Source: an uncultured candidate division Zixibacteria bacterium (GTDB lineage: Bacteria > Zixibacteria > MSB-5A5 > RBG-16-43-9). Taken from it: a stretch of 64,000 bases of DNA. Shown one piece after another: positions 40,892-51,146 of this stretch. Location of the stretch: positions 32,001 to 96,000 of the forward strand of contig OY970208.1 in assembly GCA_963713865.1 (NCBI GenBank). Direction: 5' to 3'. The first letter of the stretch is position 1, and each line of letters begins with the position of its first letter. The notes below the pieces were generated by a model. That model made no database searches. It was not told the DNA's origin and saw only the letters and a list, made by a program, of their open reading frames with translations. The translations under genes were made by a program, and so were the position numbers.

Positions 40892-40909
40892 TTGTGAATA
40901 ATTTAACAA
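40892..40909. promoter_or_regulatory. Rex-like operator overlapping the -10 box of the aminotransferase promoter
   Basis: TTGTGAATAATTTAACAA, one mismatch to TTGTGAAnnnnTTCACAA; minus-strand TTGACA-N17-TAAATT promoter overlaps it. Confidence 0.6.
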
Positions 40910-41313
40910 ACCAATTTTTATCTGTCAATCAAAAACGGATATCCCCTATCCGTCATTGCGAGTCCGCCGAAGGCGAGACTTCATCGTCCAGATTAACTCC
41001 TCACAATGACATGGCGTAGAAACGTATTGCTATTCGTCTCTATATGACAACCACTAAATGTATTCCCTATCATTTCTCGTCTGACTTCTTACGTCTTACT
41101 TCTTACTTATTCAGGTGTCAAGGAAACATCCTTCGTCGGGTCAGGGGACTCTACGACCACATTAATTTCTACGGCATCCATTTGGATGCATTCCATATCA
41201 TTTCTCGTCTCACATCTCCCGTCTCACTTCTTACTTTTTTTTCTCACCAATTTTATTGACAAAGAAAAGTAATTATATTAATATAATCGAATAAATTTTG
41301 AAGGATTATCAAT

Positions 41314-43992
41314 ATGAGCACAGGCGAATTATCAAAACAATACAATCCCAAATCAGTAGAGGACAAATGGTATTCCTACTGGATGAGAGGTAAATTTTTC
41401 TCCCCAAATCTTTCCGACCATAAATCCTTCTATAGCTTGGTTATCCCTCCTCCAAATGTTACAGATATTTTGCATCTGGGACATGCGTTGAATAATACCC
41501 TTCAGGATATCCTGATTCGCTGGAAAAGGATGCAGGGTTTTGAGACAGAATGGCTGCCGGGAATAGATCATGCCGGTATAGCCACTCAGGTAGTTATCGA
41601 GAAAAACTTAGCTAAAGAGGGCAAGACCCGCCAGCAGATCGGAAGAGAAGCTTTTTTAAAGTTAGCCTGGGAATGGAAGGATAAAAATGGTGAGGCGATT
41701 TTAAATCAACTTAAGAAAATCGGCTGTTCCTGTGATTGGGATAGAACTCGATTTACTTTAGATGAAGGATTATCGAAAGCAGTTTTGGAGGTATTCAACC
41801 ACCTCTACAAAAAAGGATTGATCTATAAAGGTAAATATATAATCAACTGGTGTCCCAGATGTTTAACCTCCATTTCAGATGATGAAACCGAAAGAGAAGA
41901 GGAAGATGGGCATCTCTGGTATATAAAATATAAATTAAAAGGAAAAGACGATTATATATCGGTTGCCACCACCAGACCTGAGACTATGTTAGGGGACACT
42001 GCGGTTGCGGTAAATCCCAAGGATAAGAGATATAAAAAATTAGTGGGCAAATTTGCTATCCTTCCTATTCTGGATAGAGAACTTCCTATAATCGCAGATG
42101 ATTTTGTTGATCCGGAATTCGGAACCGGAGCAGTTAAGGTTACTCCTGCTCATGACTTGAATGATTTCGAATTAAGTAATCGGCATAACCTTGAACGGAT
42201 TGTGGTGATTAATCCAGACGGGAAGATGAATCAGAATGCAGGCAAGTTCGCTGGAATGGACCGTTTTAAATGCCGTAAAGCCTTAGTGGCTGAACTGAAA
42301 AAGAAAAAACTCCTGGAGAAAATCGAACCCTACAAGGTTCCGTTAGGCTTATGTTATCGCTGTAATACCATAATCGAGCCTTATCTTTCCGAACAGTGGT
42401 TTGTCAAGATGAAACCTTTGGCTGAACCCGCCATCCAGGTAGTAAAAAACGGAAAAGTTAAATTTTACCCTGAGCACTGGTCCAAAGTTTATCTCAACTG
42501 GATGGAGAATATCCGGGACTGGTGTATCTCCAGGCAGCTCTGGTGGGGACACCGCATTCCGGTATGGTATTGTTTAGACTGTCAAGAGGTTATCGTGGAT
42601 AAGACACCTCCAGTGGAATGCTCCAGATGTAAAAGCAGGAATTTAAAGCAGGAGGAGGATGTCTTGGATACCTGGTTTTCATCCTGGCTCTGGCCCTTTT
42701 CCACTTTTGGCTGGCCTGAAAAAACCGAGGAGCTGAAGAGTTTTTATCCAACCAGAGCACTTTTCACCGCTTCCGAGATAATCTTCCTCTGGGTAGCCCG
42801 GATGGTGATGGCAGGACTGGAGTTTATGGGAGAGGTTCCTTTTTATGATGTCTATATTCACGGCACAGTCCGGGATGCCAATGGGGTGAAGATGAGTAAA
42901 TCCCTGGGAAACGGAATCGACCCTCTGGAGATAATTAAAGAGTATGGGGCAGATGCCTTAAGGCTCAGTACGATTTTAGTAACGCCTGAGGGACAGGACC
43001 CTTGCATCTCCTTTAACACATTTGAGATCGGCAGAAACTTTGCTAACAAGTTGTGGAACGCATTCCGCTTTATCTGGATAAACACAAAAGATCAAAAACC
43101 CAAAATAGGCAAGATATCTACCCCTGAAAAAAGTAATCTGAGATGGGAGGACAGATGGATCTTGAGCCGGTTAAATCAGACTGTAAATGAAGTCACCAAA
43201 CAGATGGAAAGCTACCGGTTTAATTCAGCCACTAAGATTTTATACGATTTTGTCTGGCATGATTTCTGCGACTGGTATTTGGAGATGATCAAAGTCATAT
43301 TTCGCCTGTCTGAAAAAGAAACGGAAAAAGTCAACTCTAAAAAAACTGCTCTTTTTTTACTGGATAATATCTTAAGGCTTCTTCATCCCTTTATCCCCTT
43401 TGTGACCGAGGAGATCTGGCAGAACCTTTATTCTCTCTCCCCGGATGATTTTAGAAACAGTTTGATCAAAGCTTCCTGGCCTAAACCTAACCCTGTTTTA
43501 GTAGATTCAGAACTGGAAAGAACGATGGACCTGGTACAGGAGGTAGTAACCTCAGTCAGAAATATCCGCTCGGAGATGAATATCCCTCCTGCAAAAAAGT
43601 TAACCGCCTATCTAAAGGTTGAGAAAAAGGAGACGCAGAAGCTCTTGGACGAGAACAGGGAACATATCCTTACCTTGGGGAGGATTGAGAAACTCGAATT
43701 GGGTTTGAAAACAAAAAAGCCCAGTTTATCCGCATCCGCTGTAGCTAAGGATTTTGAAGTCTATATACCTCTGGAAGGGTTGATTGATGTTGAACAGGAA
43801 AGAGTAAAATTGGAGAATGAGATCACCAGATTGAAAGAGCTTTTAGTAGGAGTTGACCGCAAATTAGCCAATGAGGATTTTCTTAAAAAAGCACCACCTT
43901 CTATTGTGCAAAAGGAGAAGGCCAAAAAAGAGGATTATCAGAAACTGATTGAAAAGTTAGAGAAGAACTTGGAGGGCTTAGTTGGATGGTGA
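41314..43992 (+). CDS. valS: Valine--tRNA ligase
   Basis: PPPNVT..LHLGH, DWCISRQLWWGH, KMSKS, C-terminal coiled coil. Confidence 0.97.
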   Translation: MSTGELSKQYNPKSVEDKWYSYWMRGKFFSPNLSDHKSFYSLVIPPPNVTDILHLGHALNNTLQDILIRWKRMQGFETEWLPGIDHAGIATQVVIEKNLAKEGKTRQQIGREAFLKLAWEWKDKNGEAILNQLKKIGCSCDWDRTRFTLDEGLSKAVLEVFNHLYKKGLIYKGKYIINWCPRCLTSISDDETEREEEDGHLWYIKYKLKGKDDYISVATTRPETMLGDTAVAVNPKDKRYKKLVGKFAILPILDRELPIIADDFVDPEFGTGAVKVTPAHDLNDFELSNRHNLERIVVINPDGKMNQNAGKFAGMDRFKCRKALVAELKKKKLLEKIEPYKVPLGLCYRCNTIIEPYLSEQWFVKMKPLAEPAIQVVKNGKVKFYPEHWSKVYLNWMENIRDWCISRQLWWGHRIPVWYCLDCQEVIVDKTPPVECSRCKSRNLKQEEDVLDTWFSSWLWPFSTFGWPEKTEELKSFYPTRALFTASEIIFLWVARMVMAGLEFMGEVPFYDVYIHGTVRDANGVKMSKSLGNGIDPLEIIKEYGADALRLSTILVTPEGQDPCISFNTFEIGRNFANKLWNAFRFIWINTKDQKPKIGKISTPEKSNLRWEDRWILSRLNQTVNEVTKQMESYRFNSATKILYDFVWHDFCDWYLEMIKVIFRLSEKETEKVNSKKTALFLLDNILRLLHPFIPFVTEEIWQNLYSLSPDDFRNSLIKASWPKPNPVLVDSELERTMDLVQEVVTSVRNIRSEMNIPPAKKLTAYLKVEKKETQKLLDENREHILTLGRIEKLELGLKTKKPSLSASAVAKDFEVYIPLEGLIDVEQERVKLENEITRLKELLVGVDRKLANEDFLKKAPPSIVQKEKAKKEDYQKLIEKLEKNLEGLVGW

Positions 43993-44017
43993 AAAAAATT
44001 TACAGGAGGTAAATCCA

Positions 44018-45397
44018 ATGAGGAAAAAAATCTTTTTGAGTATGATCTTTTTTCTCCTTTTGCTTTTATCCGTATCCGTACAAGGAGAGGAAAGAAGGGT
44101 CTCCCTTACCGTATATAACCAGGACCTGGCACTGGTAAAAGATATGCGGGAACTCACTTTCGAATCCGGCAGAAACGAGATAAAATTTATCGAGGTGGCT
44201 GAGAATATAGACCCAACCTCAGTTCATTTTCAGGTTCTAAACCTTTCAGATAAGGTTTTTCTGCTGGAACAAAACTATCAATATGACCTGGTCAGCTCAG
44301 ATAAGATTCTGGAAAAATACCTGGACAAAAAGATTCAGATCTTGACCAAAGGCGGTAAATTGTATGAGGGTGAGCTTCTATCCTTCTCCTCTGATAATTT
44401 CAGCTTAAAGGAGAAGGAAGGCTCAATCCGGATCTTAAATCGAACTGAAATGATAGATTTACTTTTTCCATCCCTGCCTGAAGGGCTTATCACCCGTCCT
44501 ACCCTGGTCTGGTTATTAGACAGTAAGATAAAAGGTAAACAAAAGGCAGAGGTTAGCTACCTCACTACTGGAATAAACTGGCATGCTGAGTATGTAGCAG
44601 TAGTCGACAAAGAGGATAAAGCCTTAGAGCTTTCCGGCTGGGTTTCTATAGATAACCGTTCCGGAGCAACTTACCCGGAAGCTAAATTGAAGCTCATCGC
44701 TGGTGAGGTTCACCGGGTAGTAGAAAGAGCACCAGTAAGAACTATGTACAAAGGAGCAGAGGCTGAAATAGCTTTAGGTATGGCTCCTCCTACATTTGAG
44801 GAAAAACCATTTTTTGAATACCATCTTTACACTTTGCAATTCCCCAGCACAGTTAAGGATAACGAGATCAAGCAAATCTCCTTATTCCCCAGCACATCTG
44901 TAGGGGTCAATAAAATCTTTACTTATGACGGAGCAAGAGAAGCTAAAAAAGTAAAAGTGAATTTAGAGTTTTTGAACTCAAAAGAAGGAGGGTTGGGAAT
45001 TCCTCTGCCTAAAGGAAAGCTTAGAGTCTATAAGGAAGATGTAGATAAATCTCTTGAATTTGTGGGTGAGGACCTGATAGAGCATACCCCTAAAGATGAG
45101 AAAATAAGGGTCTATTTAGGAGATGCCTTCGACATAGTTGGAGAGAGAAGCAGGACAGATTTCAAAAGGATAAGCGATGACGTTAGCGAAGAATCCTACC
45201 AGGTAAAGCTGAGAAACCATAAAGAAGAGAAGGTTGAGGTTATCGTGGTTGAACACCTTTATTCTTATACCAACTGGGAGATTTTAGAGTCAAATTTCAA
45301 ATATGAGAAAAAAGATGCCAATACCATAGAATTCAAAATTCCAATTGATAAAAATCAGGAACAAATCGTAAATTATAAGGTGAGATATGTCAGTTGA
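44018..45397 (+). CDS. Secreted DUF4139-domain protein (start likely 44018)
   Basis: AGGAGG RBS, signal peptide, LTVYNQDLALV, SYLTTGINW.AEY, YHLYTL. Confidence 0.8.
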   Translation: MRKKIFLSMIFFLLLLLSVSVQGEERRVSLTVYNQDLALVKDMRELTFESGRNEIKFIEVAENIDPTSVHFQVLNLSDKVFLLEQNYQYDLVSSDKILEKYLDKKIQILTKGGKLYEGELLSFSSDNFSLKEKEGSIRILNRTEMIDLLFPSLPEGLITRPTLVWLLDSKIKGKQKAEVSYLTTGINWHAEYVAVVDKEDKALELSGWVSIDNRSGATYPEAKLKLIAGEVHRVVERAPVRTMYKGAEAEIALGMAPPTFEEKPFFEYHLYTLQFPSTVKDNEIKQISLFPSTSVGVNKIFTYDGAREAKKVKVNLEFLNSKEGGLGIPLPKGKLRVYKEDVDKSLEFVGEDLIEHTPKDEKIRVYLGDAFDIVGERSRTDFKRISDDVSEESYQVKLRNHKEEKVEVIVVEHLYSYTNWEILESNFKYEKKDANTIEFKIPIDKNQEQIVNYKVRYVS

Positions 45398-45432
45398 GCT
45401 TAAAAAATATTAATCTTTTAAAAGGAGTCTTT

Positions 45433-46740
45433 ATGCGGTCTTTCAACTTAGTATTAATCCTCTTGTTATTTTTTATGATAGGTGCCTGCTCACAGGCTCA
45501 ACAGATGCCCAGGAATGCTTATAAAACGTCAGTTAAGATTGAGCTCAAGCTAAAAAATCCAAACTACGATCGAGTCCTTACCCTTTTAGAGCAGGCTAAA
45601 GCCGATTACCCGGATGATGCTGAGATCTGGTTTTTATTAGGTAAGGTCTATGGAATTAAACATAGACCCAAAGATATGCTTGAAGCTTTTGCCCAGGCTA
45701 ATAAACTCTCTCCTAAAGAAAAAGATAAGGGGGATATGAAGAAAATGGTGGACAGCACCTGGGTAGTCACATTCAATCGGGGGGTAGAATACGCTAATCG
45801 AGTTCATAAAGTAGAAAGATATGCAGATGAATCTTTTGCAAATTGGTCCAATTACCCTCTATATATCGATTCTTTACAGATGCTCTCTTCAGAATTTACC
45901 GATTCCTCTTATAACTGGAAAGACTGTTCCTCAAATGCAGCCCTGGCTATACTCTTAGAAAAATTAAAACAGGCTCTGTACACAAAATCCCTTGAACTTT
46001 ATGAGCTGGCTGCGCTGGTTGATTCTACCCGTTATGAGGCTTTTATAAATGGAGCTTTTGTCGCAACCAAACTGAACCAGCTCGAAAAAGCTTTAAGCTA
46101 TTATAAAAAAGCCTACGAGTTAAAACCGGATCTACTCGAGGTTCTGAATAACTACTTTGCAGTATTATTAAATAATAAAAAATATGAGGAGGCTTTGAAG
46201 ATCTCAAAAGAGATCTTGGAGAAAAACCCTGATGATTTGAGTGCTCTCTTTAACCAGGCAGTTATCCTGGAGAACCTTGGCCGAGAGCAAGAAACTATGG
46301 AGCTTTATAACAAGATCATAGCGCAGGACCCGAACTCCAAGGATGTTTATTTCAACCGTGGCCTCCTCTTCCTGAATAAAACCAATCGAATCGCCAAAGA
46401 ATTAGTGGCACTTCGAGATTCTCTCCAGAATAACCCTAAATCTCAGACACTGATAGATAAGTCACAAAGATTAATTGAGGAACAAAAGGAGTTTTTTAGC
46501 AAAGCTGGAGCAGATTTCAAAAAGGTTTTAGAAATAGCTCCTGATGATTCGGAATCGATGAGGTTTTTAGGTTATTGTTTACTAAATCAAGGGAAAACAG
46601 ATGATGCCATAGGAGTATTGGAAACTTTAGTTCAGAAAGAACCGGACAACAAAGAAGCCTGGGGGCATCTGAGCATTCTCTATACCAAGAAGGGGCTGGC
46701 CGAAAAGGCTAAAGAAGCAGAGAAAAAAGCCCAGGAGTAA
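45433..46740 (+). CDS. TPR-repeat protein, putative lipoprotein (start likely 45433)
   Basis: AGGAG RBS, hydrophobic signal ending IGAC, multiple TPRs. Confidence 0.75.
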   Translation: MRSFNLVLILLLFFMIGACSQAQQMPRNAYKTSVKIELKLKNPNYDRVLTLLEQAKADYPDDAEIWFLLGKVYGIKHRPKDMLEAFAQANKLSPKEKDKGDMKKMVDSTWVVTFNRGVEYANRVHKVERYADESFANWSNYPLYIDSLQMLSSEFTDSSYNWKDCSSNAALAILLEKLKQALYTKSLELYELAALVDSTRYEAFINGAFVATKLNQLEKALSYYKKAYELKPDLLEVLNNYFAVLLNNKKYEEALKISKEILEKNPDDLSALFNQAVILENLGREQETMELYNKIIAQDPNSKDVYFNRGLLFLNKTNRIAKELVALRDSLQNNPKSQTLIDKSQRLIEEQKEFFSKAGADFKKVLEIAPDDSESMRFLGYCLLNQGKTDDAIGVLETLVQKEPDNKEAWGHLSILYTKKGLAEKAKEAEKKAQE

Positions 46741-46775
46741 TAAAGGGTAAAAAAATAATAGAAATGATGCTTATA

Positions 46776-46809
46776 ATAGGGACGTATTACATTGCGTCCC
46801 TATTTTTTT
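46776..46809. terminator. Hairpin between convergent genes, probable terminator (REP-derived)
   Basis: ATAGGGACG...CGTCCCTAT followed by T-tract. Confidence 0.6.
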
Positions 46810-46978
46810 ATTCTTTTATCTCGGTATATCTACAGTTGAATATTGTTTTATATTTTTGACTTATTTCTAACCCTATATTCTTCTCCATATTAAAAGTCGT
46901 AGAATTCAACTCGGATTCAGCTTTTTCCTCAATTGTTTTATTTAGCTCAATTATCTGTTTTTCTCTATCCCAACTCAT
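46808..46978 (-). CDS. Small hypothetical protein, 56 aa (MSWDREKQII...YTEIKE), not in ORF track
   Basis: ATGA overlap with the upstream stop, GAGGT RBS, open frame to TAA at 46808. Confidence 0.5.
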   Translation of the reverse strand: MSWDREKQIIELNKTIEEKAESELNSTTFNMEKNIGLEISQKYKTIFNCRYTEIKE

Positions 46979-47658
46979 TTTTTACCTCTCTTTTTAACAG
47001 AATTTGACAATAAAAACTCTTTGTTCAAAAATTTCAGACCGATTAATTCTCTCATCTGTAATGCCAGTTCCTCTTTCTGCCAGTCCAGCTTCTGGCTCAG
47101 TTTCTGCAAGGAAAATATAAGCTCTGGCTCAGAGTAAAGGCATTTTGCTAACTGTATCAATTTTGAATACTCAAAAGATAAATTTTTATCCCAGAGCAAC
47201 TCTTTCATCATCTTCACTGCCAGATTGGATGAAAAAGTTGCGATTCTTCGATCTTTACATTCGATGAACAGGTCAAAACGATTAGCCGGGTCTTGATAAC
47301 CACAGGTCAGCCCGGAGCAGGATTCCATTTGCCCCACCGTAGCTTGAAGGTCAATTATCATATGCTCGATCAAATGGGCTAAATCGGTTATCCCGCCTAC
47401 TCTCTGAAAAGGCAAATCCTTCCTTTCACGGTTGGAGACTGAACCTCCTAATAAGTTCGCCCAGCATTTATGTTTTTGAAGATTTGGGAAAAAATTTGAG
47501 ATATCTTTATGTATTTTATCGAAATCAAATCCTTTGTCCTCAGGAATGGAGATATCTAAAACCAGCTTCAATCTTAAAAAACTATGCCTGAAGAAAATGT
47601 CTAAATCTGAAAGCTCCTGAAACCTGCCAAAACTCAAGCTGACGATTTGCAATCCCAC
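46975..47658 (-). CDS. Stand-alone cyanophycin-synthetase N-terminal-like domain protein with possible C-terminal wHTH
   Basis: HKC...AHLIEHMIIDLQ...SGLT resembles the CphA N-domain HxxEH..xLQ motif. Confidence 0.55.
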   Translation of the reverse strand: MGLQIVSLSFGRFQELSDLDIFFRHSFLRLKLVLDISIPEDKGFDFDKIHKDISNFFPNLQKHKCWANLLGGSVSNRERKDLPFQRVGGITDLAHLIEHMIIDLQATVGQMESCSGLTCGYQDPANRFDLFIECKDRRIATFSSNLAVKMMKELLWDKNLSFEYSKLIQLAKCLYSEPELIFSLQKLSQKLDWQKEELALQMRELIGLKFLNKEFLLSNSVKKRGKK

Positions 47659-47943
47659 CCTCCTTTTATCTGAAGATATTTTAGCTACTTTAATTATATC
47701 GGCAGTTCCCGGCCTTTGTTCAATTACTGATTTTTAAGAAAATTAAACCCTGAGCTGAGGCTTGAAGAGATTGTTTTTCTTCGTTGATGAGGATACTTAC
47801 GAAGAATAATATACTGAGTAAACTTAGAAATTTTGAAGCTTTTTTAGAGCAAAGACCTGTGCCTGTCTTAAAGGCTCAGGCAATCGATAGTTAGTGCGGT
47901 TTGAAGTGTGACCCTTTCTGGGCGAGTTGAAAAAGTTCCCCCT

Positions 47944-48037
47944 GTCATTCTAAGGGAGTCCGCCTTTGGCGAGACGACCGAAGAATCTCTTTGGTTCGTG
48001 CGGAGATTCTTCCTCCCCTACGGGGACTCAGAATGAC
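47944..48037. repeat. GTCATTCT..GAAGAATCT / AGATTCTTC..AGAATGAC inverted doublet (CGTC/TGTC-type REP)
   Basis: Near-identical doublets at 49186..49266 and 49761..49852; related GTCATTGCGAG..GAAGCAATC at 40952 and 62551. Confidence 0.88.
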
Positions 48038-48105
48038 ATTCAGTCAATTTCGGTTTTTCAATAGTCCCTAAAGTATTGTACTACCTAAAACTATTCTTAG
48101 AACTC

Positions 48106-49023
48106 TCACATAAATCCATCCAACCTCCTGAGCCCATACTTTTTAGCCATTTTGATTGCTGAGTTGTATTCCTCTGAAGTAATCCTTCTGTCTAAAGGAT
48201 GAAATTCATTAGCTTTGTAAGCAGGGTGGTATTGGTCCATTACGTTCACATAAGAATCTTTTGAAAGCTCAGAAGAAATAAACCTCATTACCTCTTCTGT
48301 CCCAGCTAAATTCTCTGGAAGGACTAAATGCCTGATTATAAGCCCTCGCTGAGCTATTCCTCTTTTGTCAGTTACCAGAACACCTGTCTGTCTGTGCATT
48401 TCTTTTAAGGCTGATTTTACTATTTCCGGATAATCCGGAGCATTGGAAAATCTTTTAGCTACTTCAGAATCCGAATATTTAAAATCAGGCATATAGATAT
48501 CGAAAACCCCCTCTAATAATTCCAAAGTCGATACCAGATCATACCCACCGGTATTATAAACCAAAGGCAAATCCAGCCCTTTTTCTATAGCCAAAGGCAG
48601 AGCTCTTAGAATCTGAGCAATCACATACGTAGGGGTAACAAAATTGATATTATGACACCCTATCCTTTTTAATTTTAACATAGCCTCAGCTAATTCTTCA
48701 TCTGTAACTGGATACCCTTCACCCAAATGGCTGATATCATAGTTCTGGCAGAAGATACATCCTAAATTACAATGAGTGAAAAAAATCGTCCCTGAACCGT
48801 TTCTCCCCACCAAAGGAGCTTCCTCACCAAAATGCGGACTAAGGGAAGATAAATAAGCCAAATTCCCTGTCTGACAAACCCCCTTCTCATCTTTCAGACG
48901 ATTAACTTTACATCTTCTCGGACAAAGCTCACAAGAGGAAAGAGCCTGGTTTAAAATCTCAATCCGTTTGAAAAGCTCTTTTGTTTGGTAAAGTTTTAGA
49001 TAACCTGGTTGAAAATTTTCCAT
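48106..49023 (-). CDS. Radical SAM protein, PflX-like
   Basis: CELCPRRCKVNR, PHFGEE, CNLGCIFCQN, YMPDFKY. Confidence 0.88.
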   Translation of the reverse strand: MENFQPGYLKLYQTKELFKRIEILNQALSSCELCPRRCKVNRLKDEKGVCQTGNLAYLSSLSPHFGEEAPLVGRNGSGTIFFTHCNLGCIFCQNYDISHLGEGYPVTDEELAEAMLKLKRIGCHNINFVTPTYVIAQILRALPLAIEKGLDLPLVYNTGGYDLVSTLELLEGVFDIYMPDFKYSDSEVAKRFSNAPDYPEIVKSALKEMHRQTGVLVTDKRGIAQRGLIIRHLVLPENLAGTEEVMRFISSELSKDSYVNVMDQYHPAYKANEFHPLDRRITSEEYNSAIKMAKKYGLRRLDGFM

Positions 49024-49297
49024 TTTATAGTATTTTTTGGATTGTAAACCTTTAGGTTTATAAGGATAAAGCTAAAGCTTTATCCTCTAGGACTGGTTAA
49101 CAATCTATTTTAATGGCGGTAGAACAGACAGGAATGTCTGATTACCAAGAATTCTTTTTCTCTTCAAAACCGTGTAATTACCAATGTCATTCTGAGGGAG
49201 AGTAGCGACCGAAGAATCTCTTTTGTTTATGCGGAGATTCTTCCCCCCTACGGGGGTCAGAATGACAAATGACTTGTCAATTGAATTCATCCCTGAA

Positions 49298-49723
49298 TTA
49301 TTTTCTTGTAAATATCACCTCCAAAATTAGCTCATACTCCCCTTCTGAATTCGGATGCTCCATTCTCAAAACCACTTTGTTCTGACCTATTTTTTTAAAC
49401 GTTTGTTTAAGCAGGGTATCGTGCCAATTCAAAAATAAAATCTCATCACTGACGAAATTGCAAGTTGCGGTCAGGAAACTCCCTGAGCTTTCAAACCACC
49501 AGTATCGATATACCTTTGCCTTTTCATCCCAGGCAAAGATTGCATGTGCTTCTCCTTTTTGTCCTGCTACTGATGCGGAATAATCAAAATAAACATACTT
49601 ATCATCCAGCGCTCTTTTGAACGTTCCACTCCCTGAACCTGTAGCGGCTTCACTGAACCCGCTTTTTGGAACCCTGTATTCCAAATTCCAGTCTCCTATT
49701 AAAAATTCAAATTTCCCCATCAT
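49298..49723 (-). CDS. Hypothetical beta-barrel protein (DUF1579-like); start likely 49723
   Basis: AGGGAG RBS, FEFLIGDW...WWFES pattern. Confidence 0.6.
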   Translation of the reverse strand: MMGKFEFLIGDWNLEYRVPKSGFSEAATGSGSGTFKRALDDKYVYFDYSASVAGQKGEAHAIFAWDEKAKVYRYWWFESSGSFLTATCNFVSDEILFLNWHDTLLKQTFKKIGQNKVVLRMEHPNSEGEYELILEVIFTRK

Positions 49724-50083
49724 ATTTGACTCCCTTGCACCTAACTGTTCATCTACTACTGTCATTCTGAAGGAGTCCCCTACGGGGACGACTGAAGAAT
49801 CTACCTCAAGGTCAAATTCGATAGATTCTTCGTCCTAAGGACTCAGAATGACAGAACATTTAACCATACCCGCCAGGTCCCCTGACCTGGCAGGTTTCTC
49901 GTCGGGTCAGGGGACCCGATGAGCACATTAAGCATAAAGTAGGTCAACCATGTCCGAAGGACTGGTCGACAATTTATTTATATTATATGTCAAACAGTCT
50001 ACCCAAGGTGGACATGCTTGACCTATATAACTACTATAACTACATATTCCGGAAACGATTGTAAAGTGACAACAAACAATTAG

Positions 50084-50542
50084 TTAAGGATCCTCCTCTT
50101 TATACCTTTGAATAAGCTTAGTAAACTCTCTCTCATTAAAATAATCAGAAAAATTAATTTTATTATTAGCCTGCCATTTGATGAATTTCAACAATTCCTT
50201 TTTACCTATATTATCCAATTCCCACTTCTTTAAGGGGAATGGTTTTCCATGATGGGTGATAATTTCACAAACCCTTATGAGATATTTGTTCTTAGTTAAG
50301 TGAGCTGCTCCAGATTCAATCAAACCAATTATACCAGGATGTCCATTTGTTTTAAGATCTAAAACATCTACATATCTTTTGGCAATCCCTTTAATTTGTT
50401 CCTCCTTTTTATCTCTGTTCCTAATAATTAGATTTATTATTAAAAAGGATATGGTTGATAAAATAAAAACACCAATACCACCAAAAATCCATTCTTTGTT
50501 ATGCAATATCCAATCTAGTATCTCTTTTAATTTGATGTTCAT
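50084..50542 (-). CDS. AT-rich hypothetical protein with N-terminal TM (NKEWIFGGIGV)
   Basis: Open frame, single TM; the ORF-track start at 50572 lies inside a REP. Confidence 0.6.
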   Translation of the reverse strand: MNIKLKEILDWILHNKEWIFGGIGVFILSTISFLIINLIIRNRDKKEEQIKGIAKRYVDVLDLKTNGHPGIIGLIESGAAHLTKNKYLIRVCEIITHHGKPFPLKKWELDNIGKKELLKFIKWQANNKINFSDYFNEREFTKLIQRYKEEDP

Positions 50543-50581
50543 AAATAGAAGAATGTTGAGAGCAGGAGTCAAGCTTCTTAC

Positions 50582-50989
50582 CTACGCGACTTTATCTTTT
50601 AATTTTTCTAAGAAATAGTCACTGAATGCTTTGCGAAGTTCCCTCACCCACTTGACACAATTTTCACCTTTATTCATGAATTCTGTAAATCTTTTATCCA
50701 TATATTCTTTTTGAAAATGAAAAACTCCATTCCTGTACTTTTTCAACAGGGCAACATTGGGAGACTTTAATAAAGAGTCTATAGTTTGGTCTTGTAATTT
50801 TAATTCGTGCCATCCTTCGATAACAACATATAGTCCACCATACCAGTAAGACATATATAAAAAACTATCAATATTAAAATATTTAGGGTCTAATTTATTT
50901 TTATTAAGTAACACATTATCGAAGTGCAGCCTCATCCTATCAGCCCAGATGAAGTAGCGATGCAATGTCATCAATTTGTCTTTTCCCAT
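50582..50989 (-). CDS. AT-rich hypothetical protein
   Basis: 135-aa ORF (LHRYFIWA...YVVIEGW...RNGVFHFQ), helical, with an RxxxxH motif reminiscent of HEPN. Confidence 0.65.
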   Translation of the reverse strand: MGKDKLMTLHRYFIWADRMRLHFDNVLLNKNKLDPKYFNIDSFLYMSYWYGGLYVVIEGWHELKLQDQTIDSLLKSPNVALLKKYRNGVFHFQKEYMDKRFTEFMNKGENCVKWVRELRKAFSDYFLEKLKDKVA

Positions 50990-51146
50990 TATAGTATTTT
51001 TACATATAACATAGGTTTATCTATACAATTTGAATCACGACTATCTTCAAGGATAAAAACCCACTATTTATTAATTTTTAAATAATTTACCCTCCTAAGG
51101 AAGAAACCACCAACCCCTATTATAAATTACCTCTATATAACTCAAT

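Noticed and set aside
41040-41313. T-box leader for valS
   Set aside because: No T-box motif seen; a TTGACA..TATTAA/TATAAT promoter lies just upstream of the ATG, leaving no room for a leader.
47700-47935. Possible ncRNA (e.g. 6S-like) upstream of the CphA-N-like gene
   Set aside because: I could not identify a convincing conserved motif or long stem; an Rfam search is needed.
49105-49290. 61-aa ORF (also 14499..14681, 19182..19454, 39488..39712, 41044..41259, 55011..55214, 56059..56253, 56192..56443)
   Set aside because: These are translations of palindromic or heptamer repeats, or overlaps of real genes, with no recognisable domain.
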